A stretch of DNA of 64,000 nt. Origin: an uncultured Verrucomicrobiae bacterium. Its GTDB lineage: Bacteria > Verrucomicrobiota > Verrucomicrobiia > Opitutales > JABDGR01. A program made the translations under genes and the position numbers. Below are positions 28,764 to 38,641 of the stretch, in pieces (position 1 is the stretch's first letter; each line of letters starts with the position of its first letter). Under the pieces are notes generated by a model. The model saw only the letters and a list, made by a program, of their open reading frames with translations. It searched no databases and was not told the DNA's origin. The stretch is taken from NCBI GenBank assembly GCA_963765205.1, contig CAVXVB010000008.1:192001-256000 (forward strand), given 5' to 3'.

Positions 28764-29441
28764 ATGAACCCAGACACCCTCAACGCCCTGCGCGAAGGCC
28801 TGATTCTCTACCTCATCCTCGCCTTAAGCATCGCGCTGCACGAATTCGGCCACGCCAAAGTCGCCGACCTCCTGGGTGACCCCCTCCCCCGCGCGCAAGG
28901 CCGCGTCACCCTCAATCCCCTCAACCACCTCGACCCCATCGGCACCGGCCTCATTCCCCTGCTCACCATTTTCCTGCCCATTCTCTCCCACTCGCGCCTC
29001 CCGCTCAATTTAATCGGCTGGGGCCGCCCTGTGCAAATTTCCCTGATTCATCCCCGCACCCGCGTGCGCGACGAAATTTTGATCACCCTGGCCGGGCCGG
29101 GCATGAATGTCCTGATTGCGCTCGCCGCCGCGCTCGCGGGCGGGTTGACGATGCGGTTTCAGCACGCCGACACCACCGTCTGGGCCGAGGAAATTATCTA
29201 CATCAACGCCATCCAAATCGCCTTCAACCTCATCCCCCTCCCGCCCCTGGACGGCTCCCGCATCCTCCGCCACGTCATCGGCCTCAGCGAAGAAATGTTC
29301 GTGAAGCTGACCATGATCACCCCCATCGTGCTGCTGATCCTGATCAACACCCAAGGCTTCCAAAACTTCATCGCCACCACCACCAACCACGTCGCCGCGC
29401 CATTTTATGCCTGCATGGATGCCCTCCGCGGCGGTGGTTGA
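28764..29441 (+). CDS. Site-2 protease (M50 family)
   Basis: HEFGH, AGPGMN, FNLIPLPPLDG. Confidence 0.93.
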   Translation: MNPDTLNALREGLILYLILALSIALHEFGHAKVADLLGDPLPRAQGRVTLNPLNHLDPIGTGLIPLLTIFLPILSHSRLPLNLIGWGRPVQISLIHPRTRVRDEILITLAGPGMNVLIALAAALAGGLTMRFQHADTTVWAEEIIYINAIQIAFNLIPLPPLDGSRILRHVIGLSEEMFVKLTMITPIVLLILINTQGFQNFIATTTNHVAAPFYACMDALRGGG

Positions 29442-29571
29442 GCGCGCCGGTTGCCAAGGGTCGTCGGCACTTGCCGACGACCCTCCGGTGCTTTCTCCAA
29501 GGCAAAAATAAATCCTAACTCAAAAAATATTATTGGCGCGGGGTGCGGGATGGGACTGAATGGCGGGCATC

Positions 29572-31314
29572 ATGCCGGATGTTTCCCCGCAACCGGAATT
29601 GCCCGCCCCGCCGGTCATCGCGCGCCGCGCGCCGGTGTTGTGGGTGGCGGCGGCGATTCTCCTGGGCTATCTCGGCGCAGCGGCGTGGCCGAACGTTCCG
29701 ATGAAAATGCTCGCGGGGCTGGCGGTGGTATTCGCGGCGGGCGCGCTGGCGCTCTCCATCGCCGCGCCGGAGCCGGAATTGCGCGGGCGGAAATTCGCCG
29801 GCGGCTGGGGCGTGTGCTTTTTAATCGCGGGGGCTTTGCTCGCCTGGGCCTGGCACGCGGCGCGCGTGCGCACCCCCGCCGCCGAGTGGGCGACGTTGCC
29901 GCCGCGCGAGGCAACCCTGACTTTGCGAATCGAGCGCAACTTTGCCATGCGCGCCGACTCCGATTACGCCGGCGGCCTGGCGGAGGTGGTGGACCCGCCC
30001 GAGGTATTCAACGAGCTGCGCGGCGTGAACATTTTGTTTCGCGTGCGCGTGCGCGCCGGGGAAACTCCGCCGCCGCGCGGCGCGACCATTGTGGAGACGG
30101 GCGTGCTGGATTATTTGCCCGTGCTCGCGCCCGACCCGGCGGACCCGGCGTCCGCCGACGCCGCGCGCTTCCGCGCGTATTTGCACGCGCAAGGGGCGTG
30201 GTTCGAACTGGGGCGCGGGCTGTGGGAGCGCACCGTGGCGCCGCCCAGCGGCTGGGCGCGGTGGCTCGCGGCGCAACACGCGCGCATCGAGGCGATCTTG
30301 CGCCAAGGGCCGGCGGGCTGGGAGGCCAAATACGGGAACCTTTATACGGCGCTGTTACTCGGCGAGCCGGGGTTGCTCGACCCGGCGCAGCGCACGGCGT
30401 TCACGGTGTCGGGCGGGATTTATCTTTTCTCGATCAGCGGGCTGCACGTCGGCGTGCTGGCGGCGGCGATCTGGTGGGTGCTGCGGCGGATTCCCGGCGT
30501 GCCGCACGCGGTGGGCGAGGCGGTGACGCTCGGGATGGCGTGGCTCTATGTCGAAATCGCTGGGGACACGACTTCGGGGCGGCGCGTGGCGTTGATGCTG
30601 ACGTTCTACCTCGTGGGCAAATGGCTGGGCCGCGCGCGCAGCCCGCTGCCGGCCGTGCTGGCGGCGGGCGTGGCGACGCTGGTCGTAAATCCGCTGGCGC
30701 TCGACAATTCGGGCTTCGAGCTTTCCTACGCCGTCGTGCTAGGTTTGATTTTATATGCGCCATTGTTGTATGGAGTTGTGGCGGCGCGCTGGCTACCCTG
30801 GCGCGACGTGCCGGCGGAAAGCCTCGCGCCGTGGCAGAAGTGCGGGGTGTGGCTGTGGGAGCGCTTGGTGGGAATGGCGGTGACTTCGTGGACGGCGGTG
30901 CTGGGCAGCGCGCCGCTCACCGCGGAATTTTTCGGCGTGTTTTCCGCGCACATCCTGTTTCTGAACCTGATTTTGTTTCCGCTGACGTGCGGGGCGCTGT
31001 GGGCAGGCGCGCTGGCGGTGGCGGCGGGATTGGGCGGCTTCGCGCCGCTGACCTGGCTGGCGTGGTTGGCCAACGGCGCGGGGCTGGCGCTGGTCGGGCT
31101 GATGCAGAAAATTGCGGGCGTCGCGCCGCCGCTGCCGGGGTTGTTTGCCCAGGTGGAGATCATTCCGCTGCGGGCCGGTTCGCTGGCGGCGCTGGCGGTC
31201 GTGGCGGCGATGCTGCTGGCGCAGCCGAAAGGGCGCGCGCCGCGCTGGTGGTATTTCGCGCTGCCGGTGGCCATCCTCGCGGCGGCGGCGGCCTTCACGG
31301 TGCGGCTGGTGTGA
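29572..31314 (+). CDS. comEC: ComEC/Rec2 competence protein (no beta-lactamase-like domain)
   Basis: ALLLG, LFSISGLHVG, GFELSY, multiple TM segments. Start 29560 or 29572. Confidence 0.88.
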   Translation: MPDVSPQPELPAPPVIARRAPVLWVAAAILLGYLGAAAWPNVPMKMLAGLAVVFAAGALALSIAAPEPELRGRKFAGGWGVCFLIAGALLAWAWHAARVRTPAAEWATLPPREATLTLRIERNFAMRADSDYAGGLAEVVDPPEVFNELRGVNILFRVRVRAGETPPPRGATIVETGVLDYLPVLAPDPADPASADAARFRAYLHAQGAWFELGRGLWERTVAPPSGWARWLAAQHARIEAILRQGPAGWEAKYGNLYTALLLGEPGLLDPAQRTAFTVSGGIYLFSISGLHVGVLAAAIWWVLRRIPGVPHAVGEAVTLGMAWLYVEIAGDTTSGRRVALMLTFYLVGKWLGRARSPLPAVLAAGVATLVVNPLALDNSGFELSYAVVLGLILYAPLLYGVVAARWLPWRDVPAESLAPWQKCGVWLWERLVGMAVTSWTAVLGSAPLTAEFFGVFSAHILFLNLILFPLTCGALWAGALAVAAGLGGFAPLTWLAWLANGAGLALVGLMQKIAGVAPPLPGLFAQVEIIPLRAGSLAALAVVAAMLLAQPKGRAPRWWYFALPVAILAAAAAFTVRLV

Positions 31315-31321
31315 AATATAG

Positions 31322-31424
31322 TTTCACCGCAAAGGCCGCAAAGGGAATTTTTTACCACGGATTTCACGGATGCCACGGATTGGTCGGGTGCTTTTTATCC
31401 GTGCTATCCGAATAATCCGTGGTT
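31322..31424. repeat. Composite repeat: CGCAAAG-type half followed by CACGGAT-type inverted repeat
   Basis: ttcaccgcaaaggccgcaaag / accacggatttcacggatgccacggat ... atccgtgctatccgaataatccgtggtt. Confidence 0.8.
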
Positions 31425-31493
31425 TCCGCTCCGGCATTTAGGATTATCGCCCGCAGGCTTGCGTTGGAGCCGACCAGGCGTTTGTATATCCCG

Positions 31494-31778
31494 ATGAAAA
31501 GCGCCTACGAACTGGCGATGGAGCGGCTCAACAAGGCCGACCCGGAAGCCGCGAAAGAACTCACCCCCGCGCAGAAACAGCAACTGGCGGACATTGACCA
31601 GCGCTACAAGGCCAAGCGGGCCGAGCGCGAGATTTTCCTGAACCAGCAAATCGCCGCCGCGCGCGCCGCCGGACAGGCCGAGGAACTGGCCAAATTGATC
31701 GAGCAACTCAGCCGCGAGCGCACCCGCATTGACGAGGAGCGCGAGGACGAGAAAAACAAAGTGCGCCGGGGCAAATAA
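31494..31778 (+). CDS. Small conserved coiled-coil hypothetical protein
   Basis: MKSAYELAMERL... charged helical protein with host-like codon usage. Confidence 0.75.
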   Translation: MKSAYELAMERLNKADPEAAKELTPAQKQQLADIDQRYKAKRAEREIFLNQQIAAARAAGQAEELAKLIEQLSRERTRIDEEREDEKNKVRRGK

Positions 31779-31789
31779 AACTCAGCCAC

Positions 31790-32542
31790 TTAATTAGGGG
31801 CTGGGTTGGCCGCCGCCATCGGCTGGGCCGTCGGCGCGGGCGGCGCGGTCTCGATTTCCGTGGCGTAATACTGCCGGTCAATTTTGAGAATCGGCCATTG
31901 GGCGACCTGCGCGGGATCGTGCTCGGATTCCAGCATGGCCTCGAATTTGGTGAGCGCGGCTTGCATCTGCTCTGGCGTCACGGGGTGGTAGCGGCGGGTC
32001 GTCCATTGCCCATGCAGGTAGCAATAATCAAAGTAGGTGACGGGCGGGTCCGGCGCTCGCCCGCCCAAACCCCCAAATTTTAGCGTAAACGGCACTCCGT
32101 CCACGATCTGGACAAAGCTCGGCGTGATCCACGGCGGATTAAACGGTTCGCCAGGTTTGGCCTCGAACATGAGCAGGCACAGCACGCGGCTTTTTAGTCC
32201 CAAGCTGGTCTTGTCAGTCAAAACCCACTGCCGTAGTTGCGCCTCGCCGAGTTCTGCCGGCAGAGTTTGCAACGCGATGGCCGCCGCCAAATAGTCCGCG
32301 CAGCGGTAACCGCGCTCCGGCTCCTTGCAGGCGGCAAACAAGCCGTCGGGGAGGAGCTTCTGGTCGGAAATATCCGGCTGGGGCGGCGTGAGATTGGCCC
32401 TGGACGTTGGGGCGGGTGCTGGCGGACGCACGATGGTGAAGGACAAGGGGGCCCCCGCAGCGTCTCTTAACGCAGCGCCCGCCGCCAAGGCGGCCAGCGC
32501 GACCAAACACACATTCCACTTGCTCATAAATGGGGTATTCAT
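31790..32542 (-). CDS. Hypothetical secreted protein
   Basis: Signal-peptide-like N-terminus and 250-aa ORF. Confidence 0.65.
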   Translation of the reverse strand: MNTPFMSKWNVCLVALAALAAGAALRDAAGAPLSFTIVRPPAPAPTSRANLTPPQPDISDQKLLPDGLFAACKEPERGYRCADYLAAAIALQTLPAELGEAQLRQWVLTDKTSLGLKSRVLCLLMFEAKPGEPFNPPWITPSFVQIVDGVPFTLKFGGLGGRAPDPPVTYFDYCYLHGQWTTRRYHPVTPEQMQAALTKFEAMLESEHDPAQVAQWPILKIDRQYYATEIETAPPAPTAQPMAAANPAPN

Positions 32543-32605
32543 GATGAGTCAGACGCGGCTCGCCGTCGTTTATTAGAAGAAAAAATGGACCGGGGGGAGA
32601 GGTGG

Positions 32606-33292
32606 CTATTTCGCCCGCTTTCGCCCGCCGCTCGCATGTTCGACGAGCAAATGGCGCGCGGCGTTGCTGCCAAGCGGAACTTCGCGCCCGTCGCCAAGGG
32701 TGACGATGAGCAAGTCCGCCACCGGGTCGCGCCGCACCAATTTTACGCGCCGGCCGGGTTTCAACCCGGCGTCGTCGAGGAAGCGCAAGAACTCACTGTC
32801 CTGCCGGGTGATGCGTGCGAGAGTCGCGCTGGCGCCGGCGGGCAAATCCGCCAGGGGCCGCGCGGCGCGCGAGGGCATGTGCCCGGCCGCCGAGGGGATG
32901 GGGTCGCCGTGCGGGTCCACGCGCGGATGGCCGAGAAAGGCGTCGAGCCGCTCGACCAGGCGGTCGGAGAGCGCGTGCTCCAATAACTCGGCCTCCTCGT
33001 GGATTTCCGACCAGTCGAGCTTGAGCGTGTGCACCAGAAACATTTCGATGAGGCGGTGCTTGCGGAGCATTTGCAGGGCGAGGCGCTCGCCCGCGGGCGT
33101 CAGCCGCGCGCCCACGCGGGGAGTGTGGCGCACAAGGCCGGCCTTGGCCAGCGCCTTGACCATCGTCGTCGCCGTGCCGGGGACGACGCGCATCGCGCGC
33201 GCCAAATCACCCATGAGCACGGGCGCGCCCGGCTGCTCCGCCCCGAGCAGGTAGAGCTGCTTGATGTAATTTTCAACCGTGCTGGTGGCCAT
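32606..33292 (-). CDS. mntR: DtxR/MntR-family metal-dependent repressor with FeoA-like C-terminal domain
   Basis: TVENYIKQLY, RKHRLIEMFL, IHEEAELLEHALS, DPHGDPIP. Divergent from mntH. Confidence 0.92.
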   Translation of the reverse strand: MATSTVENYIKQLYLLGAEQPGAPVLMGDLARAMRVVPGTATTMVKALAKAGLVRHTPRVGARLTPAGERLALQMLRKHRLIEMFLVHTLKLDWSEIHEEAELLEHALSDRLVERLDAFLGHPRVDPHGDPIPSAAGHMPSRAARPLADLPAGASATLARITRQDSEFLRFLDDAGLKPGRRVKLVRRDPVADLLIVTLGDGREVPLGSNAARHLLVEHASGGRKRAK

Positions 33293-33361
33293 GGGCAAAA
33301 GGGGCGGGCGCGCCCCATTGGGAGGATTCCCCCCGGAAAAGGCGACCCTAAAATTTTGCGG

Positions 33362-33389
33362 TTGACATTTTGAATGCTCAAATTATAAA
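33362..33389 (+). promoter_or_regulatory. mntH sigma70 promoter with overlapping DtxR/MntR-like operator
   Basis: TTGACA (33362-33367), 16 bp, TATAAA (33384-33389). Palindrome ATTTTGAATGCTCAAATT (33367-33384) fills the spacer. Confidence 0.7.
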
Positions 33390-33421
33390 AGTGGTCTGTT
33401 CAAAATTGGAACACCATCCAG

Positions 33422-34855
33422 ATGAAAGAAGAAGCCACCCTCCAGGCCGAGCCGCCGGCACAGAAACGGGCCGGGCCGCAAGGCGCAGTCTCGCTGGAAG
33501 GGCTGCACAGCTCCGTCCGGCTGCCCGATTTTACCGCCAAGCCCTGGCGGCAATATCTGGCCTTTTTTGGGCCGGCCTTGCTGATTAGCGTGGGTTACAT
33601 GGATCCGGGCAACTGGGCCACTGACCTACAGGCCGGGGCGCAGTTTAAGTATCAATTGCTATGGATTGTGGGCGTTTCCAGCCTGATGGCGATTTTTTTG
33701 CAGGTCGTTTCCGCCCGGCTGGGCCTGGCGACGGGGAAGGACCTCGCCCAATGCTGCCGGGACTTCCTCCCGAAATGGACGCGCTGGCCGAATTACCTGA
33801 GTTGCGAAATCGCCATCATGGCCTGCGACCTGGCCGAAATTTTGGGCAGCGCGGTGGCCATCCACCTGTTGTTCCCGCGCATCACCCTCTTGTTCGCGGT
33901 CTGCATCACGGGATTTGACGTGCTGCTGTTGTTGACGTTGCAACGCTTCGGCATGAGGATGATTGAGGCGGTCGTCTTGGTGCTCGTGGCCACGATTGCG
34001 GGCTGTTACTTCATCGAGATTTTTGTCTTTCCCGCGACCGCGCCTGGCTTCCTGGAAATGGGCGGGGGATTATTTGCCCCCGACCTGCCGGCCTTTTTCC
34101 GCAGCCACGACCTGGTTTATATCGCGATTGGCATTATCGGGGCCACGGTCATGCCGCATAATTTGTATTTGCACTCGGCGCTGGTCCAATCGCGGCAGTT
34201 GCGCAACGACGAGCCCTCGATGCGCCAGGCCGTTCGTTATAACACGATTGACACCACCGTGGCCCTGACCGTGGCGTTTTTCGTCAACGCGGCCATCCTG
34301 GTGCTGGCCGCCGTGGTGTTTTACGGCCACGACAAGGTGACTTTGGCGGGGGGCCAAGTCGTCACGTTTGACGCGGATGCCGACTGGATCCAGGTCGCGT
34401 ATCTGACGCTGGCGCCGCTTTTGGGCACGGCGGCGGCGAGCCTCCTTTTTGCCGTGGCGCTGCTGGCCAGCGGCCAGAGCAGCACGATCACCGGCACCCT
34501 GGCCGGCCAGGTGGTGATGGAGGGGTTCATGCACTGGAAAATCAAGCCTTGGGTGCGCCGCCTGATTACCCGGCTCTGCGCCATCGTCCCCACGGTCATT
34601 TTTATCGCCATCCGCGGCGACAACAGTGTGAACGACCTGCTTACCCTCAGCCAGGTCGTGCTCGCCATCCAGCTGCCCCTGGCGATGTTCCCGCTGATGT
34701 GCTTCGCTTCCTCGAAACGTCGCATGGGCGCGCATCGCATCGGCGGGTTCCTGATCACCACCGGCTGGGTCTCGTGCGTCCTGATTACCGCGCTCGACCT
34801 TTACGGATTGCCTGACGCCTGGCATCAAGCCATGGCGGTATTTTCCGGCCATTAA
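33422..34855 (+). CDS. mntH: Nramp-family divalent metal (Mn2+) transporter
   Basis: GYMDPGNW, GATVMPHNLYLHS, SGQSSTITGTLAGQ. Confidence 0.96.
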   Translation: MKEEATLQAEPPAQKRAGPQGAVSLEGLHSSVRLPDFTAKPWRQYLAFFGPALLISVGYMDPGNWATDLQAGAQFKYQLLWIVGVSSLMAIFLQVVSARLGLATGKDLAQCCRDFLPKWTRWPNYLSCEIAIMACDLAEILGSAVAIHLLFPRITLLFAVCITGFDVLLLLTLQRFGMRMIEAVVLVLVATIAGCYFIEIFVFPATAPGFLEMGGGLFAPDLPAFFRSHDLVYIAIGIIGATVMPHNLYLHSALVQSRQLRNDEPSMRQAVRYNTIDTTVALTVAFFVNAAILVLAAVVFYGHDKVTLAGGQVVTFDADADWIQVAYLTLAPLLGTAAASLLFAVALLASGQSSTITGTLAGQVVMEGFMHWKIKPWVRRLITRLCAIVPTVIFIAIRGDNSVNDLLTLSQVVLAIQLPLAMFPLMCFASSKRRMGAHRIGGFLITTGWVSCVLITALDLYGLPDAWHQAMAVFSGH

Positions 34856-34921
34856 ATTTAATCCAGCAGACCGGCGTTTTTTGTTCTAGTCTCTCCCGGC
34901 CGTTTGCGATTAACTTGGCCC

Positions 34922-35909
34922 ATGAGTCTGCGCGCCCGCAAGCCCGTCATTTTGGTCTTCGTCGCGGGCGCGCTCGCGCTCGGGGCCGTCATGGCCTATT
35001 TTTTTGGCGGGCGCGAAGATTTTTCCCGCCATGAGTCGTTTTTGCTCTATTTCGACGGCTCCGTGAACGGACTCGGCCCCCATTCGCTCGTGCGTTTCAA
35101 AGGCGTGCCCATCGGCACCGTGGAGTCGGTGCGGCTGCACTTGCGCCCGACGGACGGCGACCGGCGGGTGCCCGTCATCATCCAATTAAACGTGAACCGC
35201 CTCCAGCACCAACTCGGCGTGCTCGAAGATTTGTCCGACCCGGCGGTGCTGGCGAGCCAAGTGCGCCACGGCCTACGGGCGCAATTGCAGACCGACAAAT
35301 TTACCACCGGCAGCATGTTTGTGGAGCTGGAGTATTTCCCCAAAGAGCCACCGCCGGCCACCACCGCGCCGACCGGCGATTGGCTGGAGATTCCCACGAT
35401 TCCCTCCCACGCGGTGGCCGGTTTGCGAAAAATCCAGGACATCGCACTCTGGCTGCCCACCTATGATTTCCGCGTCAAATTGGGCCAGGTCAGTGATTAC
35501 CTCGATTCGCTCAACAACCGCGTGTCCGTCATTCCGTTCGCCGAAATATCACCAGAAGCTCGTGGACACGCTCGCGCCGGTGGCCAATTTCAACCTCGGA
35601 CCCGAGCAGCGCAATCTCACCAACTTCCTCGCGCGCCTCAATAATTTTCACGACCGCGTCGCCTTCACCAACGACCAGTTTGCGGCCACCGCGCAAAACT
35701 TCGTCACCCTGAATCACGAGGCCCGCGCCGACCTCGCGCAAGCCAACGACGCCCTGGCCCAGGCGCGCGGCGTCCTCAGCCCGAACGCCCCCTGGCTCAC
35801 CCATCTGACCCATAACCTCCAATCGCTGTCTTCCGACATGGGCAACCTCACGGCTAAACTCAACGCCACCGAGCAGCAGCCGGATGTGCTGGCGAAAATC
35901 CCGAAATAG
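34922..35909 (+). pseudogene. MlaD/PqiB (MCE) family protein, +1 frameshift at ~35545
   Basis: YFDGSVNGL...VRFKGVPIGTV...GLRAQL, EIPTIPS. Helical tail YHQKLVDTL... continues in the next frame after gccgaaatatc. Confidence 0.8.
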
Positions 35910-35997
35910 TCCCTCGCGGGCGGCGTTTTCGGTTGACAGGCGGCCTGCGGCCCGGTTTTATCTCCCTTTTTCCGCCATCATTCCGGCCCTTCCCACT

Positions 35998-36123
35998 ATG
36001 AAAGTCGCCAGTTCCATCAAGTCCCTCAAATCGCGCCACCCCGGCTGCCAGGTCGTGCGCCGCAAGGGCCGCATTTACGTCATTAACAAGACGAACCCGC
36101 GCTTCAAGGCCCGCCAGGGCTGA
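35998..36123 (+). CDS. rpmJ: 50S ribosomal protein L36, Zn-independent (YkgO) type
   Basis: [41 protein letters not shown]. Lacks the CxxC Zn ribbon. Confidence 0.95.
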   Translation: MKVASSIKSLKSRHPGCQVVRRKGRIYVINKTNPRFKARQG

Positions 36124-36191
36124 ACCTTTGCGCACCCCGGTGCCCACCGGCGGCTGCGTTCTCATTGTTCCCACCTTTTCCCACTCCCGTC

Positions 36192-36440
36192 GTGAAAAAA
36201 GAAGGCCATCCCGAATACCACCCGGTCTGCTTTGTGGACGTGTCCACCGGCCGCAAGTTTTTGACCCGCTCGACCATGCGCTCCAAGCAAAAGGAGAACA
36301 TCGAGGGCGTCGAGTATTTCGTCGTCGTGCGCGACGTGACGAGCGACTCCCACCCGGCCTACACGGGCGAAAAGCGCTTTGTGGACAGCGCCGGCCGCGT
36401 CGAGAAATTCAAGACCAAGTTCCAGCGCTTGCGGAAGTAA
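36192..36440 (+). CDS. rpmE2: 50S ribosomal protein L31 type B
   Basis: GTG start, KKEGHPEYHPVCFVDVSTG...DVTSDSHPAYTG...DSAGRVEKF. Confidence 0.93.
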   Translation: MKKEGHPEYHPVCFVDVSTGRKFLTRSTMRSKQKENIEGVEYFVVVRDVTSDSHPAYTGEKRFVDSAGRVEKFKTKFQRLRK

Positions 36441-36449
36441 AGCGATTGC

Positions 36450-36724
36450 CTGGACGACGTGAAGCTGGTCGCGCATTCGATCTTACAGGTGAAAGGCTAC
36501 AGGTATTCATGCGCGCAATCCACCCAGCGGATGCGGGCAAAGCCTTGGGCCAAGTCCCCGCAACGCCGAAAGGCCCGCAGACTGGCCGACACAACCGGGC
36601 GCAATGGCCTGATTGCTTCTTCATAACGCGTGGGATAATTGGCCAAAAAATTGTTGAGACAGGCGTGCAGGCCTTGCCCCCAAGGCGAAGCCCGCGGTCG
36701 TCTGGCGCCATAACGGATGCCCAT
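36450..36724 (-). pseudogene. Remnant of IS91-like transposase N-terminal Zn-binding domain
   Basis: RPRASPW...RYEE...RPVV...FRRCGDLAQGFARIRWVDCAHEYL*PFTCK resembles the CGDL..GFARVRCxxCxHEYLLAFSCK motif, with a Cys lost and an internal stop. Confidence 0.7.
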
Positions 36725-36886
36725 TACATAAGTGAATAAAAGAGCATATATTGAATCAAGCTGGAGTTGTTCACCATGGGCCATCGGTGTAGTGTGTGCC
36801 ATGGCTACAATGGAAGGTGCGGCTTGGCCCTTGGCAGTGGGGCGAACGCGCTGGAGTTCTGCGGCTCTTTCCGTTTAAAAGGCTCC

Positions 36887-38626
36887 ATGCCTTCGCCCGC
36901 CCCAGCCTCCGCACTCGCGCCAACCGCCGCACCTCGCCGCCCATGGTCGTGGCGCCGCCTTGTGCCGGGCACCATCCTCGTGCTCGCGGCGTTTTTAATT
37001 TACTTCCCCGCCCTGCACGGTGACTGGCTGTGGGACGACAACTTCCTCGTCCGCTTCAATCCCCTCATGGCCGAGGCCGGCGGCTGGTGGAAATTCTGGT
37101 TCGCCCCGCCGGGGCCGGAGTATCTGCCGCTCAGTTCCACCCTCGAATGGGCGCTCTGGCGGCTGTTCGGCGACCACACGCTGCCGTTCCATTTGGTCAG
37201 TGTCGCCCTGCACCTCGCGAGCGCGTTTCTCCTCTGGCGCTTGTTGGCCCGGCTCGGCCTGCGCCTGGCCTGGCTCGGCGCATTCCTGTTCCTCGTCCAC
37301 CCGCTCGCCGTCGAATCCGTCGCCTGGATTTCCGAATTGAAGAACACCCTCTCGCTGCCACTGCTGCTCCTTGCCCTGCTGTTTTGGCTCGATTACGACG
37401 AGCGCCCCCGGCCCGCCTATTATCTCGCCGCGCTCCTCCTGTTTCTCGCCGCGCTGCTCGCGAAGACCTCCGTGGTCATGCTGCCCTTCATTCTGCTGTT
37501 GCACGCCTGGTGGAAACACGGCCGCGTCACTCGCGAGAAATGGATTTCCATCGCGCCGTTCTTCGCCGTCGCCGCGGTGTTGGGCCTGCTCACCATTTTT
37601 TTCCAAAACCGCTGGGCCATCGGCGCGGAACCCATCCCCATCGGCGGCTGGCCCGAGCGCGCCGCCGGGGCCGGCCGGGCGCTGTGCTTTTATTTCGGAA
37701 AATTTTTCTGGCCCGTCAACCTCATGCCCGCCTATCCGCCGTGGAACTTCGATCCGCTGACGCCCGCGGAATTTCTGCCCTGGCTCGGCCTCGCCGCCAC
37801 GGGCGCGCTGCTCTGGAGGGAAAGGACTTCTGCTTGGGGCCGCGCGGCCTGTTTGGGTCTTGGATTCTTCGTCCTCAACCTCGCGCCAGTGCTCGGCTTT
37901 TTGCCGATGTCGTATATGCGCATCGCCTGGGTTGCGGACCATTTCACCTATGTCGCCATGATTGGTCTGATTGGCCTCGTGGTGGCCGGGGTGGATTTCA
38001 TCCTCGCGCGCTTGCCCAGGTTTTTGCTCCCCCCTGCCGCCGGCACCCTCGTGTTAATTACCTTTTCCCTCGCCTGGCAAAGTTGCAATTACGCGGGAAA
38101 TTTCCGCGACCAGATTGCGCTCTGGTCCTACAACCTGCGGCTCTTTCCGAACTCCTGGCTCGCCGAGCTTAACCTCGGCCTCTCCCTCACCGACGCGCAG
38201 CGCCTGCCCGAGGCCCTTGATCATTTGCACCAGGCCGTGCAACTGCACGGCGATTTTTACGGCACCCACCTCGCGCTCGCCAACGTCCTCGCGCAATTGA
38301 ATCGCCTCGACGAGGCCGCCGCGCATTACCAAATCGCCGCGCGGTTGCGCCCGGACTCGCTCGAAACCCACGTCAATTATGGCGATGTTTTGCTGCGCCA
38401 GGGCGACGTGCATGGCGCGGAGGTGCAATGCGGCCTGGCCGTGTGGTTCAATCCCGAGTCCGCCGCCGCGCATTACAACTACGCCAACGTGCTCCTACGC
38501 GAAAACCGCGTGCCGGACGCCATCCTACAATATCAACTCGCGCTCGAAATCCAGCCCGCCCTCACCCCCGCGCGCGACGCCCTGGAAAAATTGCACGCAC
38601 CCTCCTCGGCGCCCGCCGTAAAATAG
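36887..38626 (+). CDS. GT-C-fold membrane protein with C-terminal TPRs (TMTC-like putative glycosyltransferase)
   Basis: WDD motif, HPLAVESVAWISELKN, VADHFTY, multiple TM segments, 4-5 TPRs. Confidence 0.85.
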   Translation: MPSPAPASALAPTAAPRRPWSWRRLVPGTILVLAAFLIYFPALHGDWLWDDNFLVRFNPLMAEAGGWWKFWFAPPGPEYLPLSSTLEWALWRLFGDHTLPFHLVSVALHLASAFLLWRLLARLGLRLAWLGAFLFLVHPLAVESVAWISELKNTLSLPLLLLALLFWLDYDERPRPAYYLAALLLFLAALLAKTSVVMLPFILLLHAWWKHGRVTREKWISIAPFFAVAAVLGLLTIFFQNRWAIGAEPIPIGGWPERAAGAGRALCFYFGKFFWPVNLMPAYPPWNFDPLTPAEFLPWLGLAATGALLWRERTSAWGRAACLGLGFFVLNLAPVLGFLPMSYMRIAWVADHFTYVAMIGLIGLVVAGVDFILARLPRFLLPPAAGTLVLITFSLAWQSCNYAGNFRDQIALWSYNLRLFPNSWLAELNLGLSLTDAQRLPEALDHLHQAVQLHGDFYGTHLALANVLAQLNRLDEAAAHYQIAARLRPDSLETHVNYGDVLLRQGDVHGAEVQCGLAVWFNPESAAAHYNYANVLLRENRVPDAILQYQLALEIQPALTPARDALEKLHAPSSAPAVK

Positions 38627-38641
38627 CAAACGCGGCCCGGC

